A stretch of DNA of 64,000 bases. It comes from Fidelibacterota bacterium (GTDB taxonomy: Bacteria > Fidelibacterota > Marinisomatia > Marinisomatales > Marinisomataceae). A program made the translations under genes and the position numbers. Positions within the stretch are counted from its first letter, which is position 1. Every line of letters begins with the position of its first letter. The stretch covers positions 5,596 to 69,595 of the forward strand of contig JADHQL010000003.1 of assembly GCA_016777965.1 (NCBI GenBank), written 5' to 3'. Shown one piece after another: positions 10,440 through 19,808 of this stretch. A model generated the notes under the pieces. It searched no databases and was not told the origin of the DNA. It was given only the letters and a program-made list of their open reading frames with translations.

Positions 10440-10949
10440 ATGGCAGTTCAAAAAGTAGTTACATATGGTCATTCTGCTCTTAGAGCAATATCAAAAAATA
10501 TAACAGACTTTTCAAACATCAGAAATTTAATTGATGATTTATTTGATACTATGTATGAATTTGATGGTATTGGGCTAGCAGCAAACCAGATTGGAATAAA
10601 TAAACGCATATTCGTAGTAGATATATCCCACACTGATGAGTGTGAATCGCCTTTAGTATTTATTAATGGAAAAATAATTAGCGGTGAGGGATCTTGTGTT
10701 GACTCTGAAGGATGTCTATCATTACCAGAAATTAGAATTAATGTTGAACGCTATGATTCAATAACATATGAGTATTTAGATCACAACCTTAAAAAACACA
10801 CAAAGGTTTTTAGCGGTTTTTTAGCCACAGTTATTCAACATGAAAATGATCATCTCGATGGAAAATTAATAACTGATTATGCTACTCCTGCAGATCTTTT
10901 AAAATATGATAAGGCGCTTAAATTAATGAAATCAAGCAATGTCAAATAA
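10440..10949 (+). CDS. def: peptide deformylase
   Basis: GIGLAANQIG, EGCLS, QHENDHLDG. Confidence 0.97.
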   Translation: MAVQKVVTYGHSALRAISKNITDFSNIRNLIDDLFDTMYEFDGIGLAANQIGINKRIFVVDISHTDECESPLVFINGKIISGEGSCVDSEGCLSLPEIRINVERYDSITYEYLDHNLKKHTKVFSGFLATVIQHENDHLDGKLITDYATPADLLKYDKALKLMKSSNVK

Positions 10950-11877
10950 AGATATAAATATAATTTTTTTTGGTAATACTGATTTTTCAAACCCAACTCT
11001 TCTAGCTTGCAATAACAGTTTTAATCTTAAAGCAGTTGTTACAAACAAATCAAAAAAAATGGGTCGTGGACAAAAAATTCTTGATACACCTGTGATGACT
11101 TTAGCTAAAGATGAGAATTTAAAAATTATTGAAGGTGTAGATTTAAATGACGCAAGTTTTATTGATCAACTTAAAGATTTAAATCCTGATTTTTTTGTAG
11201 TAGTTGCGTATAGAATTCTTCCAAAGTCTTTATTGGGTATACCTAAATATGGATCCATTAATGTTCATTCTTCGTTGCTACCAAAATATAGAGGAGCCGC
11301 ACCAATTCAACATGCATTATTAAATCAAGAAGATTCAACAGGAGTCTCCACTTTTTTAATAGAACCGAAAGTTGATACTGGAAAAATAATTGATCAATTA
11401 AAAATTGAAATAACAAAAGATGATAATTATGGTTCTTTATCAAAAAAGTTAAGTGAAGCAGGAGCAGATCTTATTGAATCTTCAATTAATAAATGTTTGC
11501 ACCATTCTTCAGAATTAATCGAACAAGATAATAGTATGGCTACTTTAGCACCTAAAATTTCAAAGGATGATTTAAAAATTAATTGGAATGATAAGTCAGA
11601 TACAATACTGGCTAAAGTGAGGGCTTTCTCGCCAACACCTGGTGCTTTTACTACCATAAATAGCAAAAGATTAAAAATCTTCAAAGCTGAATCAATTAAT
11701 AATGATAATTGTCACGAAATTGGTGCTATATATCATGTAGATAAAAATTTTTTCGACGTTCAGTGTGGACAAAATGCATTAAGGCTTTATTTCGTACAAT
11801 TAGAGGGTAAAAAAGCAATGGATTCAAAAGATTTCATTGTAGGTTATCAAGATTTAGATTCAAATATTCTTATATGA
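10939..11877 (+). CDS. fmt: methionyl-tRNA formyltransferase
   Basis: NVHSSLLPKYRGAAPIQ, DTG; follows def. Confidence 0.97.
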   Translation: MSNKDINIIFFGNTDFSNPTLLACNNSFNLKAVVTNKSKKMGRGQKILDTPVMTLAKDENLKIIEGVDLNDASFIDQLKDLNPDFFVVVAYRILPKSLLGIPKYGSINVHSSLLPKYRGAAPIQHALLNQEDSTGVSTFLIEPKVDTGKIIDQLKIEITKDDNYGSLSKKLSEAGADLIESSINKCLHHSSELIEQDNSMATLAPKISKDDLKINWNDKSDTILAKVRAFSPTPGAFTTINSKRLKIFKAESINNDNCHEIGAIYHVDKNFFDVQCGQNALRLYFVQLEGKKAMDSKDFIVGYQDLDSNILI

Positions 11878-12593
11878 AAAATTTACTTAAAAATTTATCA
11901 ATTTTTCTTGTCACTGGGTTGATAGTATTAATGACATTTAATTTTATTCTAATGCCTTTATATGTTAATGCACGAAATGTAGTAGTAATTCCAGATTTAG
12001 AGGGCTTAACATTAGATGAAGCAAATCAGTTGTCAAAATCAGAAGGTATCGAGGTTGTAGTTGCTGATACAATTTTTACAAATGACTTAAATCCAAATAT
12101 AGTAATTGAACAATTTCCAACATCTGGTAAAGAAGTAAAGCTTGGAAGATCAATCAAAGTTAAAATTACCCAATTTAATCAAAAAATTATTGTTCCATCT
12201 CTTTTAGGTAAAACATTAAGAGCTGCAGAAATCGAATTGGATCAAAATGGTATTGAGTTGGACTCAATTTATTATTCATTCAGTTCAAAGTATCCTAAAG
12301 GCATAGTTTCGTGGCAAAGTCCAACAGAAAATGATAGCATAAGAAGAGGATTTGGTGTGCGAATTGAAGTCAGTAATGGATTAGCACCTAATGATTTAGT
12401 AGATGTTCCTGATTTTCAAGGAATTTTTCTTAGCGAAGCACTTAAAATCATTGAGGAAAGTGGTTTCTTTGAAGGAAAAATTCAATATGTTGAAAACAAA
12501 AAGTTTTTACCAAATACAGTATTAAATCAAAGTCCTAAGGAAGGAACGAAGGTTTCTCAAGGTTCAAAGATTAACTTAGTAATAGCAAAATGA
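11874..12593 (+). CDS. membrane-anchored PASTA-domain protein (three PASTA repeats, no kinase)
   Basis: N-terminal TM; IPDLEG / VPSLLG / VPDFQG repeats with Q.P..G. Confidence 0.88.
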   Translation: MKNLLKNLSIFLVTGLIVLMTFNFILMPLYVNARNVVVIPDLEGLTLDEANQLSKSEGIEVVVADTIFTNDLNPNIVIEQFPTSGKEVKLGRSIKVKITQFNQKIIVPSLLGKTLRAAEIELDQNGIELDSIYYSFSSKYPKGIVSWQSPTENDSIRRGFGVRIEVSNGLAPNDLVDVPDFQGIFLSEALKIIEESGFFEGKIQYVENKKFLPNTVLNQSPKEGTKVSQGSKINLVIAK

Positions 12594-13534
12594 TTCGAAG
12601 TTTATTTTTAGTTTCTTTTTTTCTTATGTCATGTAATAATAACTCTTCGGAAATGGCAATAGCTAAGGATATTGATTTTAACATCATAGTAAATGACTAC
12701 AAATTAGTTGATTCTGATTCTTTGCAAGTAAAGCTGAGCTATTATAATCCTGATTTAAGCAATATTGAGATGCATTGGTCAACAAATGATAGAATAGATG
12801 AAAAATTTGATTTTGGTTCGGACTCATTGAATGCTCATGTAAGAAACATTCCTGTAAGTATTGATGCTGATTCAGTATTAATTGATTTAAGGCAAGACGG
12901 ATTATCTATTAATAGCTTCTCTGTTAAAGTTGAGCCTAGAAATCAGCAAAGAGTAATTATACTTAATAACAATGAAAGTAGCTTTGCTAGCTTGTTGGAT
13001 GATAACCGGTTATTTCAATATGATATAGTTAAAACTGAAAGTTTCAAAAAGTATGATTTTTCTGGATATGATATTTTAATAGTTGAAGGTATAAAAGATT
13101 TTTCTGATAAATTAATTAGAGAGATTCAAAAATTTATGTTAGGGAAAAAACCCATTTTATATTTTATAGATAATGTCGATAGTGAATATCTATCTAAAAC
13201 TCTCGATTATCCAAAAGTTAAAGCATTAAGAGGTACATCAAAAAATCAGTTCTTTAAATTTGAAGAAGAATATCCAGTTAAATATTTATCAAATAATAGC
13301 AAAGCATTTCAAGTGTATAGATTTTATGAATTAAAAGATTATAACTCTGATGAAGCTTCTTTTAATATTTCAACCAATGACCCTCTAGTAATTAAAAAAA
13401 ATATTTTAGGTTCAAAAGTAATATTCTTAGCTACCAGAATTGATGGAGAATGGACAAATAATATTTTTAATGAATTTATTTACGATATTTTCATAGAACT
13501 TGTTTTCAATCAAATTGTAGTAAATGAATCGTAA
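12590..13534 (+). CDS. hypothetical lipoprotein
   Basis: Lipobox FLMSC; 314-aa ORF overlapping both neighbours. Confidence 0.7.
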   Translation: MIRSLFLVSFFLMSCNNNSSEMAIAKDIDFNIIVNDYKLVDSDSLQVKLSYYNPDLSNIEMHWSTNDRIDEKFDFGSDSLNAHVRNIPVSIDADSVLIDLRQDGLSINSFSVKVEPRNQQRVIILNNNESSFASLLDDNRLFQYDIVKTESFKKYDFSGYDILIVEGIKDFSDKLIREIQKFMLGKKPILYFIDNVDSEYLSKTLDYPKVKALRGTSKNQFFKFEEEYPVKYLSNNSKAFQVYRFYELKDYNSDEASFNISTNDPLVIKKNILGSKVIFLATRIDGEWTNNIFNEFIYDIFIELVFNQIVVNES

Positions 13535-14630
13535 GATTGAAACAGCGATAGTTGTTGCTCCAAGAATATGGAAAAGCAGTAAGAATTATCATAACAGTGT
13601 TGAGGAAATATCATTACTCTTATCTACTCTTGATGTAAAAGTAAAAGGAGTAGTTGAACAAAAAATAAACACTATAAATCCTGCTTATTTCATTGGAAGT
13701 GGAAAAGCAAAACAAGTGATTGAGCAGGCTAAAATGCTTGGAGTAGATTATATAATTTTTGATGAAGATTTAAGTCCTGTTCAAACGAAAAATTTTCAAA
13801 AATTAAATAAAGACATTAAGCTTTTAGACAGGCCTGGCGTAATACTTGAAATATTTTTTAAAAATGCAAAATCAAAAGAATCTAAAACGCAAGTTGAACT
13901 GGCTAGATTGCAATACCAATTACCCAGGTTGACAAGATTATGGACACACCTTGAAAGGCAGATGGGAGGATTTGGAACAAGGGCAGGTGCTGGTGAAACA
14001 CAAATTGAGGTTGATAGAAGAATTATTCGAAAAAAGATTTCTGTGCTAAAGAAAAAACTTAAGAGTATCGACTCCGAAAGACAAGTGCAAAGTAAAAAGA
14101 GAAATTCATTTTTCAGAACATCATTTGTTGGATACACAAATGTAGGAAAATCATCTTTAATGAAATCAGTCACTAAAAGTGATGTATTAATCAGAAATCA
14201 GTTATTTGCAACATTAGATACAACCGTTAGAAGACTTTTTATTGGAAATAATAATTATATTCTTTTAAGTGATACTGTTGGATTTATTAGGAATCTTCCA
14301 GATAATTTAATTGCTAGTTTTAAATCTACTCTTCAAGAGGTAGTTGATTCAGATTTATTATTAATTGTTCTTGATGCAAATTCGAAAGATCTATTCAATG
14401 AAATAGAAACAATTAAAAGTGTTCTAAAAGAAATAAATGCTAATGAAATTGATTATAAATATGTTTTTAATAAAGTTGACTTAGTAGACGCTGATAAAAT
14501 CTCTTACTTGAAACAATCTTTTCCAGATAGTTTGATGGTTTCCGCAACTCGATCCTTGCAGATTTCAGACATTAAAGATGCTATTTCAGAAAAATATGAT
14601 AAATGGATTAGCGCTCTAAAGAATCCATAA
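13524..14630 (+). CDS. hflX: ribosome-splitting GTPase HflX
   Basis: QVELARLQYQLPRL, GAGETQIEVDRR, GYTNVGKSS, LFATLD, DTVGF, NKVD. Confidence 0.97.
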   Translation: MNRKIETAIVVAPRIWKSSKNYHNSVEEISLLLSTLDVKVKGVVEQKINTINPAYFIGSGKAKQVIEQAKMLGVDYIIFDEDLSPVQTKNFQKLNKDIKLLDRPGVILEIFFKNAKSKESKTQVELARLQYQLPRLTRLWTHLERQMGGFGTRAGAGETQIEVDRRIIRKKISVLKKKLKSIDSERQVQSKKRNSFFRTSFVGYTNVGKSSLMKSVTKSDVLIRNQLFATLDTTVRRLFIGNNNYILLSDTVGFIRNLPDNLIASFKSTLQEVVDSDLLLIVLDANSKDLFNEIETIKSVLKEINANEIDYKYVFNKVDLVDADKISYLKQSFPDSLMVSATRSLQISDIKDAISEKYDKWISALKNP

Positions 14631-15870
14631 CACTAGCTACAGTAGCATCTCCAGTTACATTTGTAGCAGTTCTAATCATATCAAGAATTCGATCAACTCC
14701 TAATATGAGTGCAATGCCTTCACTTGGTACATTAATAGCTTCTAAAATAATAATAAGCATAATGATTCCTGCTCCTGGTACGGCAGCAGTACCAATAGAA
14801 GCTAACACTGCTGTTGCTACGATTGTAAATTGATTGGCTAAGGTTAAATCTATACCAACTGCTTGTGCAATAAATACTGCTGCTACTCCTTGATATAATG
14901 CAGTTCCATCCATATTAATTGTTGCACCTAAAGGAAGAACGAATGATGAAATTTCTTCAGAAATGCCAAGATCTTTTTCACAGCGTTTCATTGTTACTGG
15001 TAGGGTCGCTCCACTTGAACTAGTTGAAAAGCCAACAAGTTGAACAGGAGCCATTGATTTGAGAAAATGTTTAATATCCATTGAGGTAAATACTTTTAAT
15101 AAAGTCATATAGGTTATTCCCATATGAATAAATAAACCTAATATGACTACACCCATATAAAAGACTAAAGCAGAAAGTATTTCACTAATTTGAGAAATAT
15201 CTCCAGTAACAGAGCTTATTGTTTTTGCAATTAATGCAAATACTCCAAATGGAGCAAAATACATTATCATTTCAACAAGCTTAATAATCATTTGATTAAT
15301 TCCTTCTAAAAACTCTAAGACAGGTCTTGAATATTTTCTATCAATTCCAATTAACGCAATTCCAAATATCAATGAAACAAAAACAACTTGGAGCATATTT
15401 CTATTATTTGATGCAGCGGAAAAAATATTACCTGGAACCATATCCACAAGAGGTTGAAGTGGACCTCTGTTTTGTTGAATAGATGCCGCAGCTTCTTGTT
15501 TATCAGCAGCGGTATTAAAATATTCACGCGATAAGCTTTCTTGATAGCTTTCTGGAATAGCATTTCCAGGTTCCATTACATTAACTAGTATTAGTCCAAT
15601 ACTTACCGCGACAGCAGTAGTAGAAATATAAAGCGCTATTGTTTTCCAACCAATTCTTGATAGCTTTCTAGTATCAGATAGCGATGCTACTCCAGTTATT
15701 AATGAAGAAACAACTAAAGGAACTGCGATTAATTTTAAAAGGTTTAAAAATATTGTTCCGAATGGAGAAATAAAATCTGAAGTAAAACCATCCCAGCCAT
15801 TTACAGCGCTTAAGATGCCATATATAGCTCCTAAAACTAATCCAATAATTATTTTCCAATGTAATTGCAT
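14608..15870 (-). CDS. dicarboxylate/amino acid:cation symporter (GltP/DAACS)
   Basis: FSTSSSGATLP, GATINMDGTALY, DRILDMIRT. Confidence 0.95.
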   Translation of the reverse strand: MQLHWKIIIGLVLGAIYGILSAVNGWDGFTSDFISPFGTIFLNLLKLIAVPLVVSSLITGVASLSDTRKLSRIGWKTIALYISTTAVAVSIGLILVNVMEPGNAIPESYQESLSREYFNTAADKQEAAASIQQNRGPLQPLVDMVPGNIFSAASNNRNMLQVVFVSLIFGIALIGIDRKYSRPVLEFLEGINQMIIKLVEMIMYFAPFGVFALIAKTISSVTGDISQISEILSALVFYMGVVILGLFIHMGITYMTLLKVFTSMDIKHFLKSMAPVQLVGFSTSSSGATLPVTMKRCEKDLGISEEISSFVLPLGATINMDGTALYQGVAAVFIAQAVGIDLTLANQFTIVATAVLASIGTAAVPGAGIIMLIIILEAINVPSEGIALILGVDRILDMIRTATNVTGDATVASVMDSLER

Positions 15871-15909
15871 TTGTAAAAATAATATATGTATTATGTATAA
15901 ACTATTACA

Positions 15910-17298
15910 ATGATTTATTATCTCATTATATCAATTTATCTTGTTGCCTTGCTTTGGATTGGTTTTAGCAAATCAGATTCAATTAAAAATCAGGAAGATT
16001 TTTCAGTAGCAGGCAGATCATTATCACCATGGATCTTAGTCGGAACTATGGCAGCAACTTGGATGGGTACAGGATCTGTTCTAGGTAATGCAGGAAAAAC
16101 ATTTGAAATAGGTGCAGCTGGCTTTCTATTACCGATTGGAGGAATGCTTGGAGTTCTAGCTCTTACAAAAATTGCAGGAAAGGCAAGAGCTTCAGAAAAA
16201 TTAACCGTACCTGAAATTATTGGCTCACGCTTCGGTGACGTTGCAATGATTTTATCTGTAATTGCACTTTTAACTGCTTATTTAGTGATTGTTAGTTATC
16301 AGTTTAATGCTGGTGGCGCAGTTATTTATACTATTTTTCATGACAACTTAGGTTCAAACCTATCTTTAGATCAGGCAACTATTATTGCAGCATTATTTAT
16401 TGTTGCTTATACAGTTTTGGCTGGATTATTAAGTGTTGCTTATACCGATGTTGCTAATGGTATTTTGATGACTACTTGCTTTGTTATAGCATTACCAATT
16501 TTATTTTTTCAAGCTGGCGGATTTGAAGGAATGGCAATTAGCTTTGAAGCTAAAGGTATGCCAAACAATATGTCTTTATTTGGTGTTTTATCTTTAAGAG
16601 ATGTAATTAATTTTACATTGCCATCATTTTTATTGATACTTGGTGATGCGAATATGTATCAAAGATTTTTTGCAAGCGAATCTGTTAAGTCAGCACAGAG
16701 GGCAACCTTCCTTTTATTTTTTGCTGTAGTCATTTTAGAATCTTTAATTATTGCAAATGCATGGATTAGTTCAAGCATGATTACTGATATCGCGAAAGAA
16801 TCACATGTGTTGATATATGCAGCTTATAATTTTTTACCACCAATAGTAGGAGCAGTTATGCTCGCTACAATTATTGGTATAATAATTTCGACTGCAGACT
16901 CTTTTTTATTGGTGCCTACAACTATTTTGATCAACGATATTTACTTAAAGTATTCAAATAAAAAATATTCAGATAAAATGATTGTTACTATTAGCAGGAT
17001 TTTTGTGTTGGTACTAGGATTCTTTTCATATTTGGTTTCAAGAATGTTTGCTGCTGATACAACTATTTTTGAGAAAGCACTTTATGCATTTACAATTTAT
17101 GGAACTGCTATTACTCCAACTCTTCTTGCTGCATTCTTTTGGAATAAAGCAACAAAGTATGGAGCCATATGCTCAATTATATCAGGAATAGTTGCTACAG
17201 TTTATTTTGGAAATCAGTGGAGTTTAGATGAGGCTGTAATACCTGCAATTTTGATATCTTCATCTTCACTTATCTTAGTTAGTCTTATCAAAAAATAA
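15910..17298 (+). CDS. sodium:solute symporter family protein
   Basis: DFSVAGRSL, SVAYTD, MYQRFFA, ISTADS; about 13 TMs. Confidence 0.93.
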   Translation: MIYYLIISIYLVALLWIGFSKSDSIKNQEDFSVAGRSLSPWILVGTMAATWMGTGSVLGNAGKTFEIGAAGFLLPIGGMLGVLALTKIAGKARASEKLTVPEIIGSRFGDVAMILSVIALLTAYLVIVSYQFNAGGAVIYTIFHDNLGSNLSLDQATIIAALFIVAYTVLAGLLSVAYTDVANGILMTTCFVIALPILFFQAGGFEGMAISFEAKGMPNNMSLFGVLSLRDVINFTLPSFLLILGDANMYQRFFASESVKSAQRATFLLFFAVVILESLIIANAWISSSMITDIAKESHVLIYAAYNFLPPIVGAVMLATIIGIIISTADSFLLVPTTILINDIYLKYSNKKYSDKMIVTISRIFVLVLGFFSYLVSRMFAADTTIFEKALYAFTIYGTAITPTLLAAFFWNKATKYGAICSIISGIVATVYFGNQWSLDEAVIPAILISSSSLILVSLIKK

Positions 17299-17800
17299 TT
17301 TGTTGTAAATAACATTTACTGAATCATTCCAATTAAAGCTCATGTAACAGCCTTGCCACCCAGCTCTTCTAGCATTAGATCCCAATTTTTCTTGGTATCA
17401 CACATTCTTCATTGATGTCAGATGATTTTATCATCAAAATTTGTTTAATTTTGTAATCTTCTAAATTATAAGCCAATAAATATAAATCCCATCCATTACT
17501 CTGATTTAAACTTTTCAAAGTAGTTTTATATTCTGAACTTAAAATTTTTAGTTCACCATTTTTATTTGGTTTAAATATTTTTTTTTGAAGATTTAATTTA
17601 ATTTTTTTTGAACATTTATTGCATATTGCATCATAGGCTTTTTGATTTGCTTTTTTATTAATGAAGATACCAGAACATTCGCAATTTAATTTTTTTTCAA
17701 CCCACATTTCTATTGCTGCTCCAAAAATTCTTGAGCTACTTTTCCAATTTTGATTAACTAAATTAATCTCATTTAAAAAAGATATATTATTTCTAATCAA
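17275..17800 (-). pseudogene. frameshifted DpnI-like (DRP family) PD-(D/E)xK endonuclease domain
   Basis: KSSSRIFGAAIEMWV..C.C...NQKAYDAICNKC; IKSSKK out of frame at ~17600-17580; LGSNARRAGWQGCYM out of frame after 17386, matching DpnI ARRAGWIGC as recalled; TTG start 17800 with GAGG upstream. Confidence 0.75.
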
Positions 17801-18398
17801 CAATAACCTCGAACGGCGGACTGAAGATAGAACTTTCAACACCTTGATCAAAAGATCTTCTATAATATTCAAATGACTTTCCAGTACCTTGCCAATTTTC
17901 TTCAAAAGATATTATCTTGATACTATTGTCTTTGGTATCAGTTGTCCCAGATAAAACATGACCTGTAATATATCTGATTCTATCTCTTTTTTGTGCCCAG
18001 CTTAAGTATACTCTTTTTAACATTTTAGCATATCCATTGGACTTATATTTTTCCATTATTACAAAAGCATAGGTATATAAAGTGTTATGTTTTCCATAAT
18101 TTTCATCATTCAATGCCCAAGGCTCCATAGTTAGTTCTTCTAGGGGGATTCCAATAATGTATCCGATAATTTCGTTTTGATATCTTGCAATAAAAGGAAG
18201 AGATTTTTCAGTATTAAAGTATTTTTCAATTGAAGCTTTTGTGAAAACTGCCTGTTTACCGTATTCTTTTGCAAGGTGTAATGATATTTCAATAAGCTTT
18301 GGATAATCAGCTTTACCAATCTTCTCAATTTGTTCTATTTGAAAAACATTTGTTGAAGCAATAATCCGAGTTTCTGATAGTCCGGTAGATGTTTCCAT
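17793..18398 (-). CDS. GNAT-family N-acetyltransferase
   Basis: IIGYIIG strand and acetyl-CoA motif A-like FVIMEKYKSNGYAKML. Confidence 0.75.
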   Translation of the reverse strand: METSTGLSETRIIASTNVFQIEQIEKIGKADYPKLIEISLHLAKEYGKQAVFTKASIEKYFNTEKSLPFIARYQNEIIGYIIGIPLEELTMEPWALNDENYGKHNTLYTYAFVIMEKYKSNGYAKMLKRVYLSWAQKRDRIRYITGHVLSGTTDTKDNSIKIISFEENWQGTGKSFEYYRRSFDQGVESSIFSPPFEVIVD

Positions 18399-18438
18399 AT
18401 TCCAATATTAAAAACTTTTAATTCTAGTATGAAGCCAT

Positions 18439-18467
18439 TTGTTTGCTATGATAGAATAGCTTAAATT
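18439..18467 (+). promoter_or_regulatory. putative promoter TTGTTT-17-TAAATT for pyrF operon
   Basis: Hexamers with 17-nt spacer, 5 nt before GTG 18473. Confidence 0.45.
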
Positions 18468-18472
18468 TCGTC

Positions 18473-19249
18473 GTGATTTCATTCATTAATAAACTAAAAA
18501 CAAATATTTCCGATAAAAATTCAAATCTTTGTGTTGGGCTAGATATTGATAAAAAATATTTTCATGATGATGTATCCATTGATGAATTAATGGATTATTC
18601 TATGATGATAGTCGATGCAACAAGAGATTTAACCTCTGCTTATAAACCAAATCTTGCTTTTTTTGAAGAGTGGGGTTCAAAGGGATATTACTGGCTTGAA
18701 AATTTAATGAAACATATTGGCAGTGATCATGTTGTTATAGCCGATGCAAAAAGAGGGGATATAGGAAACACTGGTTTACATTATGCTAATGCATTTTTCA
18801 ATCATTTTAATTGCGATGCTATAACTGTAAATCCTTATATGGGAGAAGAATCAATTGAGCCATTTATTTCAAATTCATCTAAGGGTGCTTATGTATTATG
18901 CCGAACATCAAATAAATCTTCAACCTTTATTCAAGAAGATATTTATTCAAAAGTAATTTCTTTATGTGAAGCATTAAATAGTCAGCAAAATATTGGTCTT
19001 GTAGTAGGGGCATCTAATGATGATGCACTCATGAAAGTTAGAAATTCAACAGATTTACCTTTTTTAATTCCTGGGATTGGAGCACAAGGAGGAGATTTGC
19101 AAAGCGTCCTTAAAATTAATGAGAAGAATATGGATACGACCTTAATAAATGTATCTAGAGGAATTATTTTCTCTGGAAATAAAGATCACATTTCAATTCG
19201 TAATTCTGCTAAAAAGTATTTAAATCAACTAAGAGGATTAAATGGATAA
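18473..19249 (+). CDS. pyrF: orotidine-5'-phosphate decarboxylase
   Basis: LCVGLD, YKPNLAFFE, DAKRGDIGNT, PGIGAQGG. Confidence 0.96.
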   Translation: MISFINKLKTNISDKNSNLCVGLDIDKKYFHDDVSIDELMDYSMMIVDATRDLTSAYKPNLAFFEEWGSKGYYWLENLMKHIGSDHVVIADAKRGDIGNTGLHYANAFFNHFNCDAITVNPYMGEESIEPFISNSSKGAYVLCRTSNKSSTFIQEDIYSKVISLCEALNSQQNIGLVVGASNDDALMKVRNSTDLPFLIPGIGAQGGDLQSVLKINEKNMDTTLINVSRGIIFSGNKDHISIRNSAKKYLNQLRGLNG

Positions 19250-19808
19250 AGATTTCATAAAAATTTTTGAAGAAACCAAAGCACTTATGCATGGCCACTT
19301 TATTTTATCATCTGGTCTACGAAGTGATACATACTTTCAATGTGCAAAAGTTTTACAGTATCCAAAGTATCTGTCTATGTTTGGTGAAATATTATCAAAT
19401 CACTTTTCTCATCTAGATATTGATAAAGTTATTTCTCCTGCAATTGGTGGGATTGTTTTAGGTACAGAAGTTGGAAGGCAATTAAATAAAAAAACAATAT
19501 TTTCTGAACGATTTGAAGGAAAGATGAAGTTAAGAAGAGGATTTAACGTTAATGAAAATGAGAAAATTCTAATTATTGAAGATGTACTTAGTACTGGTGG
19601 ATCAATAAAAGAAGTCATTGATCTTATTGCTCAATTTAAAGGAAATGTAGTTGGAGTTGGAGTGATTGTCGATAGAAGCCTTTCTCCAGTGTTCATTCAT
19701 GATAACTTTTTTTCAATTACTTTTCAAAAAGCTAAAATTTTTGATAAAGACAATATTCCAAGCGAGCTACTGGGAGTACCTGCAATAAAGCCAGGAAGCA
19801 ATGTATAA
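19242..19808 (+). CDS. pyrE: orotate phosphoribosyltransferase
   Basis: GHFILSSG, IEDVLSTGGS, KPGS. Confidence 0.96.
   Translation: MDKDFIKIFEETKALMHGHFILSSGLRSDTYFQCAKVLQYPKYLSMFGEILSNHFSHLDIDKVISPAIGGIVLGTEVGRQLNKKTIFSERFEGKMKLRRGFNVNENEKILIIEDVLSTGGSIKEVIDLIAQFKGNVVGVGVIVDRSLSPVFIHDNFFSITFQKAKIFDKDNIPSELLGVPAIKPGSNV

Noticed and set aside
13796-14173. 125-aa minus-strand ORF and similar nested ORFs (e.g. 29496-29819, 46547-46918, 55358-55606, 56551-56829)
   Set aside because: All lie within well-supported genes; S/F/L/I-rich shadow composition with no recognisable motifs
17578-17609. Programmed -1 ribosomal frameshift at the A8/A9 runs of the DpnI-like gene
   Set aside because: A -1 slip at the A8 run meets TAA immediately, and three separate corrections are needed to restore the protein
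17801-17905. N-terminal extension of ORF 17375..17905
   Set aside because: Overlaps the GNAT gene on the same strand; DpnI similarity and an RBS-like GAGG point to a TTG start at 17800
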